Shown in pieces: positions 26,285-32,000 of a DNA stretch of 32,000 nt. The stretch comes from Pyrobaculum aerophilum str. IM2. Lineage in GTDB: Archaea > Thermoproteota > Thermoprotei > Thermoproteales > Thermoproteaceae. The notes beneath the pieces were generated by a model that saw only the letters and a program-made list of their open reading frames with translations, was not told the origin of the DNA and did no database searches. The stretch lies in the NCBI RefSeq assembly GCF_000007225.1, contig NC_003364.1, forward strand, positions 1,950,001-1,982,000. Reading direction: 5' to 3'. Numbering within the stretch: position 1 is the stretch's first letter; each line of letters opens with the position of its first letter. The translations under genes and the position numbers were made by a program.

Positions 26285-27267
26285 GGGCCGAAGAGCAACT
26301 TCCTCATTTCCTCGCCAACTTTTTCAATTGGGTGAGTACGCGCCTCTTCCATGAGCTTTCTCAAAGTGGGGGCTCCTCTGTTGTACTCCTCTACCCACTC
26401 TTTTGCAAACTCGCCGCTTTTAACGCGCATGGCGGCCTCTTTCATTTTCCTCTTCACGTTTTCATCAATTACTCTAGGCCCCACAGTCAGTCCGCCGTAT
26501 TTTGCGGTATCAGACACGCCGTTTAACATGCCGTAAATCCCCCTCTGCCATATTAAGTCCATTATTAACTTAGCCTCGTTTAACACTTCGAAATACGCCA
26601 CCTCAGGCTGGTAGCCCATTTCCACCAGCACCTCAAACCCCTTCTTTATCAACTCCATAAGTCCCCCAACTAGTACAATTTGTTCGCCTATTAAGTCAGT
26701 TTCTGTCTCTTCGGCAAATGTAGTCTCTATTACGCCAGCCCGCGTGGCCCCAATGCCTTTTGCCAACGCCAGGGCGTATTTTAAAGCCGAGCCGCTGTAG
26801 TCTTGATAAACAGCTACAAGGGCCGGCACCCCCCGTCCTGCCAAGTACTCCTCTCTGACAGCTTTACCTGGCGCCTTGGGAGCAACCATAATAACGTCGA
26901 TATTTTTCGGGGGTTTTATAAGCCCGAAGTGAACGTTAAACCCATGGGCGAAGTCGACAACAACCCCCTCTTTGAGATTTGGTGCAATTTGTTCTTGCCA
27001 CACTTTTGGTTGTTCCATATCTGGTATTAATACCAAAATCACATCAGCTTTTCTAACAGCTTCGCCTATTTCATATACCCTAAACCCCTCGGAAGTCGCC
27101 AGTTCCCACGATTTGCCTCCCCTCCTCAGACCTATAATAACCTCTAGGCCGCTGTCTCTAAGGTTTAGCGCTTGCGCCCTTCCTTGTATGCCATAACCTA
27201 TTACTGCGATTGTCTTGCCTTTAAGCGGCTCTAGAGATGCCTCCCTATCAGTATAGATCTTGGCCAT
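26281..27267 (-). CDS. ilvC: Ketol-acid reductoisomerase
   Basis: The 328-aa protein has the Rossmann motif [21 protein letters not shown] plus the GFNVHF and conserved C-terminal knotted-domain motifs. Confidence 0.95.
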   Translation of the reverse strand: MAKIYTDREASLEPLKGKTIAVIGYGIQGRAQALNLRDSGLEVIIGLRRGGKSWELATSEGFRVYEIGEAVRKADVILVLIPDMEQPKVWQEQIAPNLKEGVVVDFAHGFNVHFGLIKPPKNIDVIMVAPKAPGKAVREEYLAGRGVPALVAVYQDYSGSALKYALALAKGIGATRAGVIETTFAEETETDLIGEQIVLVGGLMELIKKGFEVLVEMGYQPEVAYFEVLNEAKLIMDLIWQRGIYGMLNGVSDTAKYGGLTVGPRVIDENVKRKMKEAAMRVKSGEFAKEWVEEYNRGAPTLRKLMEEARTHPIEKVGEEMRKLLFGP

Positions 27268-27279
27268 GCCTATAGATAC

Positions 27280-27507
27280 TTAGTGGTTTAATATTATTTC
27301 TATATGTAACACCTCCGGCAATTTATCCAGCTTGGCCACTAACCAATTAACCTCGTCAGAGGGGCCCACTACTTCCATATCTATTTTATACACGTGAGTG
27401 TCTGCCACTACGTGCATAGAGGTGACGTTTACCTTGGCGCGTCTTGTTATCGCTATTACGCGTCCAAGCGGGTCTAGGGACTTTGGAATTGTTATGCTAA
27501 TCCTCAT
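27280..27507 (-). CDS. ilvN: Acetolactate synthase small (regulatory) subunit, short ACT-domain form
   Basis: The 75-aa protein has an ACT-like beta-alpha-beta-beta-alpha-beta pattern. It lies immediately downstream of ilvB, overlapping it by 11 nt, and upstream of ilvC. Confidence 0.7.
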   Translation of the reverse strand: MRISITIPKSLDPLGRVIAITRRAKVNVTSMHVVADTHVYKIDMEVVGPSDEVNWLVAKLDKLPEVLHIEIILNH

Positions 27508-29259
27508 AAGTTAGTTGCACGTGCATGCCTTCTGGCATTATGACTGAGGTGAGCCAGTCCCCCGGCTTCACCCAGGGTAGCACTATGTCATATTCACTGT
27601 CTATAATTAAATCGACGATAAGCGGCTCGTCGTTTTTTAAAGCTCTAGACACAACGCGCTCAAGTTCCTCGTAGCTTTCGGGCCTAACGCCTTCGATGTC
27701 GTAAGCCTCGGCGATTTTTAAGAAGTCAGGTCTTGGGCTAAACTCCGTTGCGATTATCCTCCTTTTATACAAATATACTTGCCACTGTTTTACTAATTGC
27801 AGAGCTCTGTTGTCAAAAATCGTTACCACTATGGGTAAGTTATAGTCTCTGACTAACGCCAGGTTGTTCATTGTCATTTGGAAGGAGCCGTCTCCATCAA
27901 TACACAATACCGGTCTAGAGCGGTCTGCTAATTTTGCTCCCAGCGCTGCGGGGACGCAAAAGCCCATGGTGCCCAATCCGGCCGACGTGATGAAGCTACC
28001 AGGCTCGTAAACATCCCATGCTATCTCAGCCCACATTTGGTGCGACCCCACGCCGGTCACTGTGATTGTGTTTCTTGGAGCGGCATTTCTTATCACTTTA
28101 AGAGCCTTCCACGGGTGAAAACCAGGCGTTGAATTAGCTATTTTGGACATGGCCTCATCATACATTTTACGTATATTTAATAGCCATGATATGAACCTAT
28201 TATTTTGAATTGCACCAGATTGAATATAATCTATAAGTTTTCTTAAGGCTATTTTAGCATCTCCTACAATACCGACAGTTGGCTTCACATTTTTCCCTAT
28301 TTCACTTTTGTCTATATCAATATGTATTAGTTTTAATTTACCGCTTGTTACATTTTCAATTAATTCCTTAAACCTCCCCCAGGTTCTGTCGCTAAACCTT
28401 GTGCCCACGGCTAGAATTACGTCGGCATTTGCCAATGCGGCATCTGCCTCAACGCGTCCGTGCATGCCCGCCGGTCCCATATAGAGGGGGTAGTCGTGTG
28501 GCACTGCCGTCTTTCCCGGCAGAGTTGATACAATAGGCGCATTTAACAGCCTAGAGACTTCTAAAACCTCTGGGGTTGCCCCCGACCATAAAACGCCGCC
28601 GCCGACTAATATCACAGGTCTTTTAGCCTCAATGAGATACTTGGCGGCTAGCCTTAACTTGTCCTCGTCAGGCGGCGGCGGAATAAATTTCTCTCTGTTC
28701 ACAATTATCTTTTCTTCATAATCTGGCGCTGGCGCCAATTGTATATCTCTGGGCAAGTCGATTAACGTGGGCCCCGGCCTTCCAATTATGGAGATTTCAT
28801 AGGCGGTTTTAAAGGCCGAAGTGGCCTCCGAAGGTTTTTTGACTTGATAGGTAAACTTCGTGACAGGGGTAACTACGCCTAAGATATCAGTTTCCTGAAA
28901 GCCATCGCGCCCAAAAACGCTCGTGACGACCTGTCCCGTTATAGCCACCACAGGTGTTGAGTCCATATAGGCATCTGTAATCCCAGTCACTAAGTTCGTG
29001 GCGCCGGGCCCGCTAGTAACTGCCACTACCGCCGGCCTCCCCGACACCCTTGCATATCCCTCCGCGGCGTGTATAGCGCCTTGTTCATGTCTGAATAGAA
29101 TTGTCTCGATGTCTTGGCCGTACAAGGCGTCAAATAACGGCATTATCTGACCGCCCGGGATTCCCAAGACGTGTTTGACCTTGTACTGTTTAAACGTCTC
29201 AACCAGCTTGTCTACAACTCGTTTTGAATCCCCCGAGTAAGCCCCGATACCCCCGACAT
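27497..29259 (-). CDS. ilvB: Acetolactate synthase large subunit; the 5' end shows an apparent 1-nt frame discontinuity (see findings)
   Basis: The TPP enzyme motifs are HEQGAIHAAEGYARVSG, TSGPGATNL and GLGTMGFCVPAALGAK...IDGDGSFQM. The track ORF starts at TTG 29167 with MGIPGG, which would remove the conserved N-terminal strand. The same frame is open to 29299 (stop TAG at 29302-29300) and encodes SKRVVDKLVETFKQYKVKHVLGIPGG, but contains no ATG, GTG or TTG. ATG 29259 lies 27 nt after the TATA aatttaaata but is in the +1 frame, directly followed by a G5 run. Confidence 0.85.
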
Positions 29260-29283
29260 TGATAGAGACGAACAGGTTACTAT

Positions 29284-29724
29284 TTAAATTTTTCCCAGTC
29301 TATATAGGGTGCTAAGCGCTAAACTCACCACTTTCCGCACATTGGGAAAAGTCTCTATGCGGTCTATTTCTCTCACGTCAATCCATTCGCCGTTTTTTAA
29401 ATCGCCTCCAACTCTTTTCACCAGGTATATCAAATCGAAATGTATATGAGTCTCCTCAGGGTATTTCACCACTTCTTCGAGAATTACCAAAGGCATTGGC
29501 CTCTCCACCGCGTTTTCATCAATTATGCCGTAGGTAAACCCTATAGGCTCTACAACAATTCCAGTCTCCTCCTCAAATTCCCGCTTGACAGCCTCTATAG
29601 GAGTTTCGTTATGTTCCACATGCCCCCCTGGATATATATAAACGCCCAGCCGCTTGTGCTTAACCATTAGAACCTTCCCGTTTTCCACTAAAACGCCGCT
29701 GGTAACGATGCACTTTTTAGTCAT
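29284..29724 (-). CDS. Nudix hydrolase
   Basis: The Nudix box is GGHVEHNETPIEAVKREFEEETGI. ATG 29724 (MTKKC...) is 25 nt from the shared TATA. The track start TTG 29736 is less likely. Confidence 0.85.
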   Translation of the reverse strand: MTKKCIVTSGVLVENGKVLMVKHKRLGVYIYPGGHVEHNETPIEAVKREFEEETGIVVEPIGFTYGIIDENAVERPMPLVILEEVVKYPEETHIHFDLIYLVKRVGGDLKNGEWIDVREIDRIETFPNVRKVVSLALSTLYRLGKI

Positions 29725-29742
29725 AGGGCTATTCAAACAAAT

Positions 29743-29755
29743 TTTTTAAATATAC
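29743..29755. promoter_or_regulatory. Shared TATA element for the divergent genes at 29724(-) and 29774(+)
   Basis: The element ttttttaaatata is centred about 25 nt from both ATG 29724 (minus) and GTG 29774 (plus). Confidence 0.5.
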
Positions 29756-29773
29756 CTCCCACATACATGCCCG

Positions 29774-30274
29774 GTGTTTAGCAAGATTAAACTTGGAATA
29801 GAAGAGTGGAAGAAGCTTGAGGCTGATTTAGAGAGGATATCATCAGGGGCGCCTCTAGAGCTAATAATAAACCTCACGCTAGTGGCCTCAGGGGGAGAAG
29901 AGGAGGAGGAAGAAGAGGAGCATCATCACAATCACGTACACGAAATAGATAATGATTTTACAAGAGAGGTGGCAAAGCTAATTGATTACATAGCGCATAC
30001 GTATAACGCTCACGTGCACCCGCATGTCCACGCCAACCACGGAAGCGTCATGTTTGCAGTAAAGGGAGCACCAAAGGATTTATTAAAGGCCCTAAGGGAA
30101 GTTTTAGATTTTGTAAAGCTTAATTGTGAAAAATGTCTATTACACTCTCTGGACGGGGAATTCCACCTTGGCGAAGATCTTAGTGGTATATATTTTGGAG
30201 ATAGCTATAAAATTACAGTGATAGTCCCTGCAGAAGACGGAAAAAGGCTTAAAGTACACGAGGTGCACTTTTAG
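29774..30274 (+). CDS. Hypothetical protein with a poly-Glu tract followed by His-rich motifs (possible metal-binding protein)
   Basis: The 166-aa protein contains GGEEEEEEEEHHHNHVHE and HVHPHVHANH, plus a CEKC pair. The GTG start has ideal TATA spacing. I recognise no family. Confidence 0.6.
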   Translation: MFSKIKLGIEEWKKLEADLERISSGAPLELIINLTLVASGGEEEEEEEEHHHNHVHEIDNDFTREVAKLIDYIAHTYNAHVHPHVHANHGSVMFAVKGAPKDLLKALREVLDFVKLNCEKCLLHSLDGEFHLGEDLSGIYFGDSYKITVIVPAEDGKRLKVHEVHF

Positions 30275-30563
30275 TTTTCTCCATTATACATTTTATAGTC
30301 TCTGAAATTTCAGGCGATACAATTTTTTCTAAGTCGTGAAGAGAGACATGTGGATATCCGCCGATCCATATGGGCCTGTGTATAAAAGTTGGATCAGTAA
30401 TGGCCCAGACGCACTGCCTCTCTTCTATCTTGTCTATGTCGTTAACATATACGACAACGTCGCAGTCACATGGCGTGGAGCAGCCGAGCAATTTGGCCAG
30501 AGGAGAGGGCCCCGTGAGGACTGGGATTCCCATATTATAGATTTCCCAATACCTTTGGCACAT
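30249..30563 (-). CDS. Hypothetical protein (104 aa)
   Basis: This track ORF has ATG 30563 about 22 nt from the minus-strand TATA aaaatatttag. It is Cys-containing (CSTPCDC), and I recognise no family. It overlaps the His-rich gene's 3' end by 26 nt. Confidence 0.5.
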   Translation of the reverse strand: MCQRYWEIYNMGIPVLTGPSPLAKLLGCSTPCDCDVVVYVNDIDKIEERQCVWAITDPTFIHRPIWIGGYPHVSLHDLEKIVSPEISETIKCIMEKTKSAPRVL

Positions 30564-31115
30564 GGCTTATAAGTTATCTAAATATTTTAAGTCATATATA
30601 TCGTCAAGCAATATTATTATCTCATTTAAGTTTATTTTCTTTTTCTTTAGAGTCTTTGGCGTCACTTCTATAAATTCAGGTATAAGAGTTTCATCTGTTT
30701 TCTTATACAGAATTCGCACATAGTATTGTATTTTTTAAAACTGCTATAGGGAGACCCCTTTCGCCGTTCTTATCCGCCAACTTGTCAAGGCAGTAAAAAG
30801 GACAAGACGGCCCCACAAAGCGTCGAACTTCCGGGGCAGGAAAAAGGCATCAAGTATGCGCTCACTTACACGTCACCTTAACCGCCTTGGCCGTCGCCGT
30901 CTCTGTGGGCCACTTTCATCCCGTCGTATACAGATTTGGGGCCTTAGACAGACGCCGTAAGGCGTGTCGTACACGTATAAAGTGCTCATTTTCTCTCCCT
31001 TTATAAACTACCTTCTTCTCCGTCACAAAACACAGTATTGGTAACCGCGCCGCCCGTCCCGCCAGAAGGTCCTCCTCAAGGCGTATTCGCTAATTAACGC
31101 GTCGGCAACTTACCA

Positions 31116-32000
31116 TTACCAAAATTTCTTTGAGAGGAAGATCTCTTCTCCCGAGGCCGTTGGGAGGTATATATTATCGTACCCCTCCTTTGCTAACCGC
31201 CTTATGAAAGGCGCGGCAGTCAGCGGATCTGTATGTACGAGAATTATCTTGGTTTCTGGCGTAAATCTCTTTACAAATTCCTCCAACTCCCTCCTGCCGG
31301 CGTGTGCGCTGAAGTCAAACCATTCCAGTCTGGCCTCTACTTTAATTGTCGTCCCGTCAAGGAAGGCATAGCCCTTGCTTAATATCTGAAAACCGGGCGT
31401 ATTTGGCGCTTGAAATGATGGCAGGAAAATCCCATTTTTCTTATTCTGTGCCATTTTTTTAAAATAGAAAAGCGCAGCTCCTCCCTTTAGCATCCCGGCA
31501 GGCGTTATAATCACTGAGGGCTCCTCCACGGCGCCTTTTCTGACATAAGCATTTGGGACCTCGATAGAAATCTCCAAGGCCTTTTTGTACAAATCGGGGT
31601 CTTTTAATAAGTGGGGGTATCTGCCCACAATTTGATTAATCTGTCTGGCGAGTCCATCTACATATATTGGATACGCGTCAATTCCGTATTTTACAAGCGT
31701 TAATAAAATCTCCTGGGCCCTCCCAAGCGCAAACGACGGTATTAATACAGACCCCCCGCCCTCTAATACCTCTTTGACAGACTGTACAAATTCCCTTTCC
31801 AGCCTCTCCCGCGGCGGGTGGTCTGTCGATGCATATGTAGCCTCCATAATGACGACATCGGGATTTTTCGGTATGTTGTACAAATCTGCGCCTCTTAACA
31901 AATTTGAATCGACAGTGTTGAAATCCCCAGTAAAAACCACCACATATCCCTCAACTTCTATAACCGATATGGCGCTACCCGGTATGTGGCCAGCGTTGTA
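31116..32000 (-). CDS. Beta-CASP family metallo-beta-lactamase ribonuclease (aCPSF/RNase J-like); 5' end runs off the right edge of the window
   Basis: The frame stays open upstream of the track's internal Met to base 32000, reading YNAGHIPGSAISVIEVEGYVVVFTGDFN, which includes the MBL motif AGHIPGSA. Beta-CASP features follow: LIPSFALGRAQEIL, FSAHAGRRELEEFV and ILVHTD. Confidence 0.85.
   Translation of the reverse strand, partial: YNAGHIPGSAISVIEVEGYVVVFTGDFNTVDSNLLRGADLYNIPKNPDVVIMEATYASTDHPPRERLEREFVQSVKEVLEGGGSVLIPSFALGRAQEILLTLVKYGIDAYPIYVDGLARQINQIVGRYPHLLKDPDLYKKALEISIEVPNAYVRKGAVEEPSVIITPAGMLKGGAALFYFKKMAQNKKNGIFLPSFQAPNTPGFQILSKGYAFLDGTTIKVEARLEWFDFSAHAGRRELEEFVKRFTPETKIILVHTDPLTAAPFIRRLAKEGYDNIYLPTASGEEIFLSKKFW

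Noticed and set aside
30567-30719. A 50-aa minus-strand ORF (GTG start; VRILYKKTDETLIPEFIEV...KYLDNL) ending 3 nt before the start of the 104-aa gene.
   Set aside because: It lies in a stretch that is very A/T-rich, and its Lys/Ile/Leu/Asn/Asp/Tyr composition is what such DNA encodes by default. It contains the downstream gene's own TATA box, and the spacing to its promoter is poor.
30760-30990. The possibility that the GC-normal part of the large gap is the minimal Pyrobaculum-type RNase P RNA or the SRP RNA (minus strand has GAUGAAAGUGGCCC, vaguely like CR-I GAGGAAAGUCC).
   Set aside because: I could not find a matching P4 3' strand (ACAGAA...GGC) or helix 8 motifs. The GC content is only moderate for a structural RNA of a hyperthermophile. 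I therefore left it as an unclassified candidate in the findings.
1-32000. I looked for CRISPR repeats, IS or transposase genes, integrases, terminal inverted repeats, toxin-antitoxin pairs and known defence genes.
   Set aside because: I found no regularly spaced direct repeats and no recombinase or transposase motifs. Apart from the few hypothetical genes listed, the genes are conserved housekeeping functions, so the window looks like core chromosome rather than an accessory island.

Overview
This is a dense, mostly housekeeping chromosomal segment that looks like a hyperthermophilic crenarchaeon of the Thermoproteales (Pyrobaculum/Thermoproteus-like). That assignment is inferred from gene content and promoter architecture; no database search was possible. 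I can support about 40 protein genes. They include a thermosome subunit, RpoK, ribosomal protein L40e, Pelota, an NFACT/Rqc2-type protein, a four-subunit 2-oxoacid:ferredoxin oxidoreductase, pyrI-pyrE-pyrD, ilvB-ilvN-ilvC-ilvE, ribH, a polyprenyl synthase, the DUF359 dephospho-CoA kinase, THEP1 NTPase, a small GTPase, a beta-CASP RNase and part of a branched-chain amino-acid ABC transporter. Two tRNAs are present, Leu-UAA and Gly-CCC. Start codons (often GTG/TTG) sit about 22-27 nt downstream of A/T-rich TATA elements, which implies leaderless mRNAs. Several divergent gene pairs share one TATA element, and convergent genes often overlap at their 3' ends. I found no CRISPR array, transposase, integrase, rRNA or recognisable defence island, so I cannot honestly name a clear novel system. 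The observations most worth a second look are: (1) two candidate C/D-box sRNAs in intergenic gaps, one of which has a guide complementary to the D-arm of the tRNA-Gly in this window and overlaps the THEP1 start codon; (2) ilvB, whose conserved N-terminus has no in-frame start codon, while a promoter-proximal ATG sits one frame off just before a G5 run; (3) a lineage-specific pair of a secreted 718-aa protein and a polytopic membrane protein; (4) a roughly 550-bp gap with no convincing ORF; (5) a protein with poly-Glu and His-rich tracts; (6) a very A/T-rich 230-bp spacer with a polypyrimidine repeat next to a small basic protein gene. All functional calls come from motif recognition in the supplied translations or my own hand translations.
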